A DNA stretch of 49,421 bases from positions 1 through 49,421 of the forward strand of contig PWGF01000107.1 of assembly GCA_003554375.1 (NCBI GenBank). Direction: 5' to 3'. Numbering within the stretch: the first letter of the stretch is position 1; every line of letters begins with the position of its first letter. Below are positions 36,849-45,172 of the stretch, one piece after another. The notes below the pieces were generated by a model. That model was given only the letters and a program-made list of their open reading frames with translations. It was not told the origin of the DNA and made no database searches. The position numbers and the translations under genes were made by a program. Origin of the DNA: Spirochaetaceae bacterium (lineage in GTDB: Bacteria > Spirochaetota > Spirochaetia > DSM-27196 > SKKC01).

Positions 36849-37171
36849 GAGGGCAGATTCGGTGGGCAAATCTGAACCCCACGATAGGGCGCGAGCAAGC
36901 AGGTATTCGCCCTGTGTTGATTCTCAGCACAGATATATTCAATCAGAGATCCGGCACGGTCATCGCGGTGGCGGTGACAAGTCAACAACCGAGAGCCGGT
37001 TTTCCGCTGACGTTGGCTTTGGACGGAGTGAAGCTACCAAAACCGTCATGGGTGAAGATAAGCCAGATTAGGACACTTTCGGTCGACAGAATCGGAGAGC
37101 CGATGGAGCAGGTATCGGAGGAACTCGTGAGCCGGATCATCGAAGGGCTCAATGAGATCCTGGGAGTCTGA
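36833..37171 (+). CDS. mazF: MazF/PemK-family endoribonuclease toxin
   Basis: RGQIRWANLNPTIGREQAGIRPVLILSTDIFNQRSGTVIAVAVTS is the canonical MazF/PemK core. Confidence 0.9.
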   Translation: MAGILRGQIRWANLNPTIGREQAGIRPVLILSTDIFNQRSGTVIAVAVTSQQPRAGFPLTLALDGVKLPKPSWVKISQIRTLSVDRIGEPMEQVSEELVSRIIEGLNEILGV

Positions 37172-37297
37172 CCTGGGTTCCGAGCTGCTGTTGGCACCTC
37201 GCCCATCCCCTCCGGGGTAGCCCCGAGGCTCCCGGGCTTCGTGCAACGCGCTTCGAAGGTCCGAGAACACGGCCCATTTTCACGCTACACCCCGCAT

Positions 37298-37621
37298 ATG
37301 CGTCTCACGAACGCCCAACGTGAAGCAATCTGAGACGTGGTGCGGCGGCACTTCGGAGAGGACGCGCTCGTGCGACTGTTCGGCTCGCGGGCAGAGGACG
37401 ACAAGCGCGGCGGAGGCATTGACCTGCTTGTCGAGTGTAATCCGGACGACCCCGCGCTGAACGTCGACTGCGCCCTGCAGCAAGCCGCCCGGAGCCGGGA
37501 TGTCACACCAGCGCGACAAATCCGGCCCCTGAACGCCCCAACCAGGTGGAATCGCTCAGCTCAGGTAGTGACTCGATCAAGCACGGTTGTGCTGCTTGCG
37601 ACCAGAGACGGGTCTGTGTAG
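37298..37621 (+). pseudogene. MNT-type nucleotidyltransferase gene interrupted by an in-frame TGA
   Basis: ATG 37298 gives MRLTNAQREAI, then TGA (37331-37333), then DVVRRHFGEDALVRLFGSRAEDDKRGGGIDLLVE. The stop sits inside the conserved N-terminal helix. The distal part loses family resemblance, and no HEPN partner is detectable downstream. Confidence 0.6.
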
Positions 37622-37857
37622 GGGGCGGGCCGCGAACTCGCGTTGAGATCGAGTTTCCGGTGTGATCCGGCGCAACAAGTCCGGTAGCGAGTATTCGTGG
37701 ATCTGTCGCAGCGTTCGGGCCAAGATCCCATTCGAACGAACCACAGCCTATGAGGGACACACTGCGCTCCGGAACTTGCCAAAACCAACACTACGTGAAA
37801 CCCTGACCCTTGAGGCCGATGCTGCACTACGGAGATCGTGAACGGAGAGTGTGACTT

Positions 37858-38898
37858 ATGAAGATCGGACGGAACGATCCGTGTCCCTGCGGCAGCGGAA
37901 AGAAGTACAAGAAGTGCTGTTTGCCGCTGCACGAACGGCGCGGTGCGGGAGGTCCTGAGCTCGGTAGCTTCCAGGAGGCTGAGGAGTATATGGGCCGGTA
38001 CGTTTCCGGGTATAATCAGGCTCCGCTGGAAGACTTTTCGGGGCTTTCTCCGAACCGGATGCAGCAGATTCTCACCGGGACCGTGGGCGAGAACAAGGAC
38101 TTCGTAGAGCCGGCCTCAGATCTCACTGCCGGCGACGTCGAGCAAGCCGAGCTTGTCGCGGTTGCAGAGTTTGTGATTGCGTGGTATGCCGAGAACGGCG
38201 GTGAGCTTACGCTCACCGATAGGGGCAATTATCGGCGCCGCTTGTGCGCCGACTACTACCGCAGCTTTGTTTCGGATTACCAGCCCGGTGATCCCGTCCC
38301 GATTGAAGACTCGTTGCCGGGGCTTACGACCGCCCACAGCGTGCTCGTAGCGCTCGGCTACGTGGCGGAAGAAGGGACGAAGAGTTTTCTTACGACCGAA
38401 GGCGTCCAGCTCTACCGTGGCCGGCGGTGGGGCGAGTTCTACCGTGAGGCCTTTGTCTGTCTGACCGACTTCTACCACTGGCAGAGCTGGCTGCCCGAGG
38501 AGTACCGAAGCGAGCACTTCGACCATATCCAGAACGCGGCGCTCTTCCTCTTGTACTTGCTTAAGTGCTTCCCGAGCGGTACTGTAACCGAATTCTACGG
38601 GAGGTTCGTACGTGCTTTTCCTGAGTTCGTCCGGCCTGCCCGGAACACCGGCAAGACGGCCGAGCGGCTCTTCCGGGAGATTCTCGTCATCGAGTTCTTC
38701 TACTTCTATACAGATCTCCTGGGGTTCGTTGATCTCGAGAGCTCAGACAGGAGAGAGGAGAGCGGGGGCACCGACGACCGCCACGAGGGACAGCGGGCGA
38801 AGAAAGACCGCGCAGGCGAAGGAGAGGACGAAGGAAGCGATTCCGACACCTACACGGTGACGCCGCTTTTCCGGAAGGCCCTGCGGTGGAAGGTATAG
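37858..38898 (+). CDS. SEC-C-motif protein of unknown function
   Basis: The N-terminal GRNDPCPCGSGKKYKKCC is a SEC-C metal-binding motif. The remaining ~320 aa are unassigned, with an acidic/charged C-terminal tail. Confidence 0.75.
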   Translation: MKIGRNDPCPCGSGKKYKKCCLPLHERRGAGGPELGSFQEAEEYMGRYVSGYNQAPLEDFSGLSPNRMQQILTGTVGENKDFVEPASDLTAGDVEQAELVAVAEFVIAWYAENGGELTLTDRGNYRRRLCADYYRSFVSDYQPGDPVPIEDSLPGLTTAHSVLVALGYVAEEGTKSFLTTEGVQLYRGRRWGEFYREAFVCLTDFYHWQSWLPEEYRSEHFDHIQNAALFLLYLLKCFPSGTVTEFYGRFVRAFPEFVRPARNTGKTAERLFREILVIEFFYFYTDLLGFVDLESSDRREESGGTDDRHEGQRAKKDRAGEGEDEGSDSDTYTVTPLFRKALRWKV

Positions 38899-38915
38899 CG
38901 CGAACGGCGCTGCGC

Positions 38916-39758
38916 CTACCAGAATCTTACTTCCATACGCCGGAGGAGTCCGCGCAGGAGTTCCGTGTCGGGTGCAAACGGGTTCGCTACGGGCGGCGGC
39001 GCCGGCAGGCGCTGGGCGGCGAAGGGCGTGGCGGCAAGCTTCCGGTTGTAGGCCAAGACCGCCAGGCGCTCCAGGGTGAGGACATCTTCGACGTTATAGG
39101 CCAGAAGCGTTTCGAGCGCCGCCTCGTTTCCCGTGCGCTGGAACTCGTACCAGAGAAGGACCGCGACGTAGCCGTCGACATCGCCGAGCTCTCCGCGGTC
39201 AAAGCCGAGTGTTCGCTCGCACCCCTTGAGGCCGCCGGTGTAGCCCAAACTCTTGAGAACGTAGCGCAGGTCGATGTGCGCGTGGCGCAGCGGGCGACCG
39301 AGGATAGACTCGATGAACGGGACGTCGAAGCACTTTCCGTTGTAGGTGACCAGAAGCGCGTAGTCGTCGATGTCGCCTGCGAACTCGTCCAGATTTCTGC
39401 CCGAGACATAGTGGCGAACGGTACGGCCGTCGTAGAGCGCGATCGTCGTGATGTGGTCGTGCGGCCAGGTGAGGCCGGTGGTCTCGATATCGAGGTAGGC
39501 GACGCGATGGCGAAACTCGGCGAACATGCGCCAGTGGTGGGCGCTGGGGAGCAGGTCGGCAAAGAAGCGGGCGTCTCCGGCCTCCAATGCCTCCTGGGAT
39601 CGCTCGAGGTACTGGCGGAGGCGGCTCCGTGCGGCGGCGCCGATCGGCAGCGGACCGGTCCCCCGGGCCGCGGACCAATCGGTCACCCCGTGCGCCCAGA
39701 GGGTCCGCTCGCTCTTCTCGCCGATCCCCGGAACGTGAAGGAACGTCTGTTGGAGCAT
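38916..39758 (-). CDS. RNase H-like (YprB/COG3359-type) predicted exonuclease
   Basis: VAYLDIETTGL (Exo I DxE), LVTYNGKCFDVPF (Exo II) and YNVEDV (Exo III-like). N-terminal HhH-like VPGIGEKSERTLW. Confidence 0.8.
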   Translation of the reverse strand: MLQQTFLHVPGIGEKSERTLWAHGVTDWSAARGTGPLPIGAAARSRLRQYLERSQEALEAGDARFFADLLPSAHHWRMFAEFRHRVAYLDIETTGLTWPHDHITTIALYDGRTVRHYVSGRNLDEFAGDIDDYALLVTYNGKCFDVPFIESILGRPLRHAHIDLRYVLKSLGYTGGLKGCERTLGFDRGELGDVDGYVAVLLWYEFQRTGNEAALETLLAYNVEDVLTLERLAVLAYNRKLAATPFAAQRLPAPPPVANPFAPDTELLRGLLRRMEVRFW

Positions 39759-40036
39759 GCTCTACCGTGCCCTGATTCGGGATGGTTGGGGAAGTGGGGT
39801 CGTTGAGGGAGCGGGAGGTCCCGGTGCATGCCGGCCGGCTACGAGGCCGGCGGGGACGGAGGATGGACTAGCCAGGATGGACCGGCCGGACGGTGGGGCG
39901 GCTCGTACCGGAGGCACGCCCAAGACTTGCTCTGCTATCTGGGTCGTGAGAGGGACGGAGGTCGGTGCGTGTGAGATCGATGCGCCTATCAGGGACGGAG
40001 TTTTGGCAGGTATGGAATGAGAGGGGCGAGGCACGG

Positions 40037-40065
40037 TTGACTGAACGGGGGCGTTGCGGTATCTA
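40037..40065 (+). promoter_or_regulatory. Candidate promoter of the TPP-riboswitch-controlled yko operon
   Basis: TTGACT (40037-40042), 17 nt, TATCTA (40060-40065). The predicted transcription start site (TSS) is about 40072, immediately before the riboswitch. Confidence 0.5.
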
Positions 40066-40074
40066 GGTGATAGT

Positions 40075-40182
40075 AACTCCGAATGGGGAGCTCGGTCGCA
40101 ATTCCACCGGGCTGAGAGGGGGAACAGGAAGCGGTTCCCCGACCCAGTGAACCTGATCCGGGTAATGCCGGCGAAGGGAGAC
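40075..40182 (+). ncRNA. TPP (THI-box) riboswitch
   Basis: GGGGAGC...GCTGAGA...(extra GC hairpin)...GACCC..GAACCTGATCCGGGTAATGCCGGCGAAGGGA matches the conserved THI-box core (CUGAGA, ACCUGAUCnGGnUAAUnCCnGCGnAGGGA). It lies upstream of thiamine/HMP transporter genes. Confidence 0.88.
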
Positions 40183-40364
40183 ATCGTTGGTGCATTCCTC
40201 ATCTGTAACGAGCACTATCAGCCTCCACAGTGAGTGGACGGTGGCTCGTCTCCGCCGCGTGGGCGGGACGAGGCGCTGCGCCGCTCGTATGAGCGAAATG
40301 TCGAAAGCTTTCCCACCTCGTCGCTCCCGGATCCTGGATCGAACTCTATTTCGGGAGGTGACGA

Positions 40365-40943
40365 ATGTTCTCAGGCGCTCAATTCTCTATTTCCGTCATG
40401 AGCGACGATTTCGCCGACGTGATCCTTGGGGCAATCAGGGCTGTCGGCGAGCCGGAGGACGTGCGAATGGAGACCGACGAGCTGAGCACGCTCGTGGTAG
40501 GCCCGCCGAAGCGCGTTATCGAGGTCATCCAACAGTGCTACGCGGAAGCGTGCCGGCGCGGGGGGCACGTGACGTTGAACGCGCTCCTCTCGCGCGGATG
40601 CCCGGGAGAACCGGATGATCCGATTTGCACGCCGCAAGAACCGGAGGGTGGGGTAATTCCCGATCCGGAGTCGGTAGCCGAGCTCGGGATTCCGGTGTCG
40701 GCGCAGTTCTCGCTCTATCCGATGGGGCTCTCGGACCACATGGGGGTCGTGTTTTCGGAGATCGAGCGGGCACAGGCGACCTCGGTGTACGAGAAGGGAA
40801 AGCACTTCTGTACGAAGCTCAGAGGCGACCTGGCGCGCGTTTTGGCGTGCGTGTCGGCGTGTTACGAGGGGGCAGCCTCCCAGGCGGGACACGTGGTCAT
40901 CCATCTGAGCGTATCGAAAGGGAGCCCGTCGGAAAGTGCGTGA
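40365..40943 (+). CDS. ykoF: YkoF-family thiamine/HMP-binding protein
   Basis: Tandem repeats each starting FSISVMSDDF / FSLYPMGLSDH, plus a GCPGE motif, as in B. subtilis YkoF. SD GGGAGGTG. Confidence 0.8.
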   Translation: MFSGAQFSISVMSDDFADVILGAIRAVGEPEDVRMETDELSTLVVGPPKRVIEVIQQCYAEACRRGGHVTLNALLSRGCPGEPDDPICTPQEPEGGVIPDPESVAELGIPVSAQFSLYPMGLSDHMGVVFSEIERAQATSVYEKGKHFCTKLRGDLARVLACVSACYEGAASQAGHVVIHLSVSKGSPSESA

Positions 40944-41060
40944 TCGGCGTACGGGCGTGCGGGCACCCGGGACTCGACGGCAGGCGCGCACATCACACCG
41001 TGACTGGATGCACATCGAACCGACTATCCACTACTGAATATCGAAAGAGGAGAGGAGACA

Positions 41061-41660
41061 ATGGCATCAAGCGCACATACAGGAAGCATGAAGTGGAGCG
41101 TACGCGAAAGCGTGTTGCTCGCGATCATCGGGGTGGTATTTGCTGTGTTGTACCTTGGGTGGGTGCAGCTTTGGCTGTTTCTCCAGGCGCTTACCGGTCC
41201 GTTCATCATGGAGGTCATGATGGGCTTCTGGTTCTCCGGGAGCATATTCGCGGCGTATATCATAAGAAAGCCGTTGGCGTCGTTTCTGACGGCGATGCTT
41301 TCGGTTGTGGTTCAGATCTTGGGGGGCAACCCCTCCGGAGCGATTCTCCTGCTGACGGGGCTCGTGCAGGGGGCGGGCACGGAAGTGCCGCTTGCGGCGA
41401 CACGGTGGCGCCGCTATTCGCTGCCGGTTCTCATGGTCAGCGGCGCAACGGCGTCGGTGTTCTCCTTCGTCTACAACTGGTTCCGCTTTGGCTATCACGA
41501 GCTGGAGACGGGGCTCGTGATCGCGATGCTCGTCGTTCGCATCGTCAGCGGGATCGTTCTGGCCGGCGTGCTCGGGAAGTATCTTGCGGACGCCGTTCAC
41601 AAGACGGGTGTAACGAGTGGCCTGGCGATCGATCGCGCGAAGCGGTCGGGGATGTCGTGA
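41061..41660 (+). CDS. ykoE: ECF transporter S component, YkoE-like (HMP/thiamine)
   Basis: A 6-TM small membrane protein with a strong SD (AGGAGAGGAGA). Its position between ykoF and ykoD matches the ykoCDEF gene set. Confidence 0.72.
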   Translation: MASSAHTGSMKWSVRESVLLAIIGVVFAVLYLGWVQLWLFLQALTGPFIMEVMMGFWFSGSIFAAYIIRKPLASFLTAMLSVVVQILGGNPSGAILLLTGLVQGAGTEVPLAATRWRRYSLPVLMVSGATASVFSFVYNWFRFGYHELETGLVIAMLVVRIVSGIVLAGVLGKYLADAVHKTGVTSGLAIDRAKRSGMS

Positions 41661-41805
41661 GCTGGAGGCGCGCTGGGGCCGCGCCGGCCGTGGGCGCCAC
41701 GGGGACGCCGTGTACCGGGCGGCTGGCGGTGGCGGCGTGCCGCAAGGGCGGCACGCGCCGGCAACGGACCCGGGTGCTGAATTGGCTTAACGGAGGGCGT
41801 GCGAA

Positions 41806-43821
41806 GTGAGCCGGCCTGAACCGCTATTGGAGCTGGACAACCTCTCCGTGAAGTACCCGGAAGCCGAGCTGCCTGCGCTTGAGAGGGTGAGCTTCTCGGT
41901 TGGCCCCGGCGAGCGGATACTGCTGCTTGGGCCGAGCGGTGGCGGCAAGAGTACGCTCCTCCGCGCGGTGATTGGGCTCATACCGCACAGCACCTTCGCC
42001 GAGGTCTCGGGCGAGGTGCGGCTTCTGGGGGCGGTTGCCGGCCTGCCGGCCGAGCGGGCCCGGCACGTGGGCGTTGTCTTCCAGGACCCGGAAAGCCAGC
42101 TCTGTACGCTGACGGTGGCGGACGAGGTTGCTTTCGGGCTGGAGAACCAAGCGGTACCTCCGCGGGAGATGGACGAACGGATCGACGCTGCGCTTGGCGA
42201 GGTGGGGCTGGCGCATAAGCGCCATGCTCGTGTCGATCGGCTGTCCGGTGGCGAGAAGCAGCGCTTGGCAACGGCTGCCGTGCGGGTGATGAACCCCAAG
42301 CTGCTCCTCTTTGACGAGCCGACGGCGAACTTGGACCCGGAAGGGGTGCGCGCGTTTTGGGCGATGCTCGATCGGCTTGTCGAGGCTGATCCGGAGAGCG
42401 CGTTCGTCTGCGTGGAGCATAGGCTCGAGCACTTCGTCGCCACGGCGACGCGCGTTCTGGTACTCGACCGGCACGGGGAGCTCGTACTCGACGAGGAGCC
42501 GCGCGGCGCGTTCGGGGGATCCTCCGATGTGCTCGAGCGGCTCGGGGTGTGGCAGCCGGCGGCAGCCCGGGTCTGGAACCGGCTTGGCCGGGGCCGGCAT
42601 GGGGACGGAGGCGGTGCTGAATGCGGGAATGGCGACGGCGGGGACGGGGACGGAGGCTCGGGCGCCCCGCCGGGACGAGCTCCGCTTACTCCGGAAGAGC
42701 TCGGCGAGGCGCTGCGGAGGGTCCATCCCGGTGGAGACGGCGGGGAAAGCCTGGGCGATCCGGCTGTGGTGTGTGAACGCTTGGGTGTGTCGCGAGGGCC
42801 GGGGGCGTGGCGCCGGCTTGCGCGGGGCCTTTCGCCGCGAGGGGGCGTCCGGCAGGCCCCCTCCGAAGGTGACGCCGAAGGGCCTGCCGTGGGTGCAGCG
42901 GAGACGCCCGGACAGGGCCCCGCACAGCGGGCCGCGGGAGAGCCCGCCGAGGAGCCCGGGGAAGGTAGAGCCGAGAGCCGCGGCCAGGGCCGCCGAAAGG
43001 GTGCCGCGGGAGGGCCCACGGTGGCCCCCGCACGCGGGCCGGCGAACGCCCCCGCGGAGCATTTCGGCGAAGAAGCGCTCCGTTTCGAGGGCGTATCCTT
43101 TGGCTACTTCCGGAGTGTGCCGGTGCTCCACGGCATATCGGCTGCCGTGCGTGAGCGGGAAACGGTTGGGCTCATCGGGCACAACGGGAGCGGCAAGAGC
43201 ACGCTTGCCGCGCTCGCGCTCGGCGTTCTGAAGCCCGATGAGGGCCAGGTGCGCCTTTGTGGAGAGGATCCCAGCCGGCTTCCTGCTTCGCGGATGCCAC
43301 GGTTGGTGGGGTTTGCCTTCCAGAACCCCGAGCACCAGTTTGTCACGGACACGGTATTCGACGAGATTGCCTTTGGGTTGCGTAAGATGGGACTCAATGA
43401 GGACGAGATCGGCCGGCGTACAGCGGACCTGCTGGAGCGGATGCGACTGGCCGAGCTTCGCGGACGCAATCCGTTTTCGCTGAGCCACGGAGAGAAGCGT
43501 CGTCTGACCGTGGCGGCTATGCTCGCGTGCCGCCCCCGCCTTTTCGTGTTGGACGAGCCAACGTTTGGTCAGGACCCGGAAACGCTCGGGGATCTGGAAG
43601 AGATGATGGGCGGCATCGCGAAAGCGGGCGCCGGATGTCTTATCATTAGCCACGACTTGGACCTGATACTCAGGCGGTGCGACCGGGCGCTCGCCCTCTC
43701 GGAGGGGCGGTTGCTTGCCGACGGTGAGCCGGAGCGGATCTTGCGCGAAAGCGAGCTGCTTCGCACGGCCGGACTGGCGCCGCCGGAGAGCGTGCGGATT
43801 GCAGAGGCGATTGGTCTATGA
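41806..43821 (+). CDS. ykoD: ECF transporter duplicated ATPase, YkoD-like
   Basis: Two complete ABC domains (GPSGGGKST / LSGGEKQR / LLLFDEP and GHNGSGKST / LSHGEKRR / LFVLDEP), separated by a ~165-aa Gly/Asp/Arg/Pro-rich linker. Confidence 0.9.
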   Translation: MSRPEPLLELDNLSVKYPEAELPALERVSFSVGPGERILLLGPSGGGKSTLLRAVIGLIPHSTFAEVSGEVRLLGAVAGLPAERARHVGVVFQDPESQLCTLTVADEVAFGLENQAVPPREMDERIDAALGEVGLAHKRHARVDRLSGGEKQRLATAAVRVMNPKLLLFDEPTANLDPEGVRAFWAMLDRLVEADPESAFVCVEHRLEHFVATATRVLVLDRHGELVLDEEPRGAFGGSSDVLERLGVWQPAAARVWNRLGRGRHGDGGGAECGNGDGGDGDGGSGAPPGRAPLTPEELGEALRRVHPGGDGGESLGDPAVVCERLGVSRGPGAWRRLARGLSPRGGVRQAPSEGDAEGPAVGAAETPGQGPAQRAAGEPAEEPGEGRAESRGQGRRKGAAGGPTVAPARGPANAPAEHFGEEALRFEGVSFGYFRSVPVLHGISAAVRERETVGLIGHNGSGKSTLAALALGVLKPDEGQVRLCGEDPSRLPASRMPRLVGFAFQNPEHQFVTDTVFDEIAFGLRKMGLNEDEIGRRTADLLERMRLAELRGRNPFSLSHGEKRRLTVAAMLACRPRLFVLDEPTFGQDPETLGDLEEMMGGIAKAGAGCLIISHDLDLILRRCDRALALSEGRLLADGEPERILRESELLRTAGLAPPESVRIAEAIGL

Positions 43822-44639
43822 TCCGGCCTGGTTTGTTCGATTCATACGAGCGCCATTCTCTCTTGCGCTCGGTCAACCCGGCGATCAAGCTCGTGTGCCA
43901 TCTGGCCGCGATGATCTACGCGACGATCGTGTGGGACATCTTCTCGCTCGCGGGGCTTCTCCTCCTTGGATTGGTGCTCTGCCGTGCCGGGGCGCGGATG
44001 TCGCTCCGGGAGATTGCCCGCGCCCTGATACCGTTTGTCCTCTTCGGGCTGGGGTTCTTCTGGATGAACGCGGTGTTCGCTGACGCAGCGGCGGGTTATA
44101 CGCCGGTTGCTCGTCTGGGGCCGCTGGTCGTGACAAGCGAAGGGCTGGCGAACGGAGTCCGATTCTGGCTGCGAGCCTTGTGCTTTGGCGTGTACTCGGG
44201 GGCGTTCGTCGCCTCTTCGGACCCCACTGAGCTGGCGCTGAGCCTTTCCCGGCAGCTGAAGCTTCCGGCCCGGATAGGGTACAGCTCGCTCGTGGCCTAT
44301 CGCTATCTGCCTGAGCTTCAGGGTGAGCTTCGGCGGATCCGAACTGCGCACCGGTTGCGCGGGGTCGGAGAGGGGGACGGGATCAAAGGGAAGATCGTAG
44401 CCGCCTACCGCTACACGATCCCTTTGCTGACCGCGGCAATTCGTCGCGCCGGACGCGCCTCGGATGCGATGGAGGCACGGGGCTTCAGCGACGACGAGCG
44501 CACGTGGTACCGGGAACTTCGCGCAGGAAAGCGCGAGGTGCTGTATGCGCTTCTTCTTGCCGCCGGGTGCCTTGCGGTGACGCTATTGAGCCTCCAGCTG
44601 GGCCACCTTGCCTTCTGGGGTGGACAGCTTTGGGGGTAG
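43818..44639 (+). CDS. ykoC: ECF transporter T component (EcfT/CbiQ family), YkoC-like
   Basis: LRSVNPAIKL N-terminus, multi-TM, conserved ARG..-type loops (AMEARGF). The start overlaps the ykoD stop. Confidence 0.85.
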   Translation: MIRPGLFDSYERHSLLRSVNPAIKLVCHLAAMIYATIVWDIFSLAGLLLLGLVLCRAGARMSLREIARALIPFVLFGLGFFWMNAVFADAAAGYTPVARLGPLVVTSEGLANGVRFWLRALCFGVYSGAFVASSDPTELALSLSRQLKLPARIGYSSLVAYRYLPELQGELRRIRTAHRLRGVGEGDGIKGKIVAAYRYTIPLLTAAIRRAGRASDAMEARGFSDDERTWYRELRAGKREVLYALLLAAGCLAVTLLSLQLGHLAFWGGQLWG

Positions 44640-44668
44640 CAAGGTGGGTGGGAGGAGCAAACCCAGTC

Positions 44669-44902
44669 CTATTTGGAAAACAGATCCCCGGCCATTCCTG
44701 AAATGCGGAAATGCTCGCGAAGGAGCGAGCGTGTCCGCTCGTAGACTGTCTGGCGGGCGTGTGCTGTCGGCGCGTCGTTGGCTGCGGGGGGCGCCGGAGC
44801 TTCAGCCGGCATTCGCCGCTGAGTCTGCACCGCAGGCCTCATGGAGCGTTCGTACGCCGCTTCTCCGATTGCCGAGCGTGAATAAACACTCGGCTGTTTC
44901 AT
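44669..44902 (-). CDS. Hypothetical small protein (77 aa)
   Basis: The internal ATG at 44902 is preceded by a perfect AGGAGGA at a 5-nt spacing. No family is recognised. Confidence 0.45.
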   Translation of the reverse strand: MKQPSVYSRSAIGEAAYERSMRPAVQTQRRMPAEAPAPPAANDAPTAHARQTVYERTRSLLREHFRISGMAGDLFSK

Positions 44903-45172
44903 CGATTCCTCCTGGTTCGTGCCGGCACCCCGCCGCCGACAGTCATGAGGCGCATACAGAAACACGGCCTTTGGAGCAATGACGACTGGTCTCGGGTAGA
45001 ATCGGCGTTCTATCGCCAAGCCGAAAATGCCTCTCGAGGTGCGAAATCAGGGAAAGCTGTATGACGGGAAGAAGAGGTTGCGGCGGACGTACCTCCGGCG
45101 TTGCGGCCCGGCTGTGAGCGTGATACCGTTGAATACGCATTGCTTGTGGGCAAACTGTTGGGAGCAATATGA

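Noticed and set aside
37331-37333. The in-frame TGA in the MNT gene as a selenocysteine or readthrough codon
   Set aside because: No SECIS-like hairpin follows. The position corresponds to an ordinary residue in MNT families, and the gene shows further decay downstream. A nonsense mutation is the simpler reading.
40187-40618. 143-aa ORF starting in the riboswitch expression platform
   Set aside because: It is Arg-rich and out of frame with ykoF, whose tandem YkoF repeats and SD are clear.
41787-43653. Long minus-strand ORFs (410 aa and 609 aa) antisense to ykoD
   Set aside because: Their composition is Pro/Arg/Ser/Ala-rich with no motifs. The plus strand encodes two unmistakable ABC ATPase domains.
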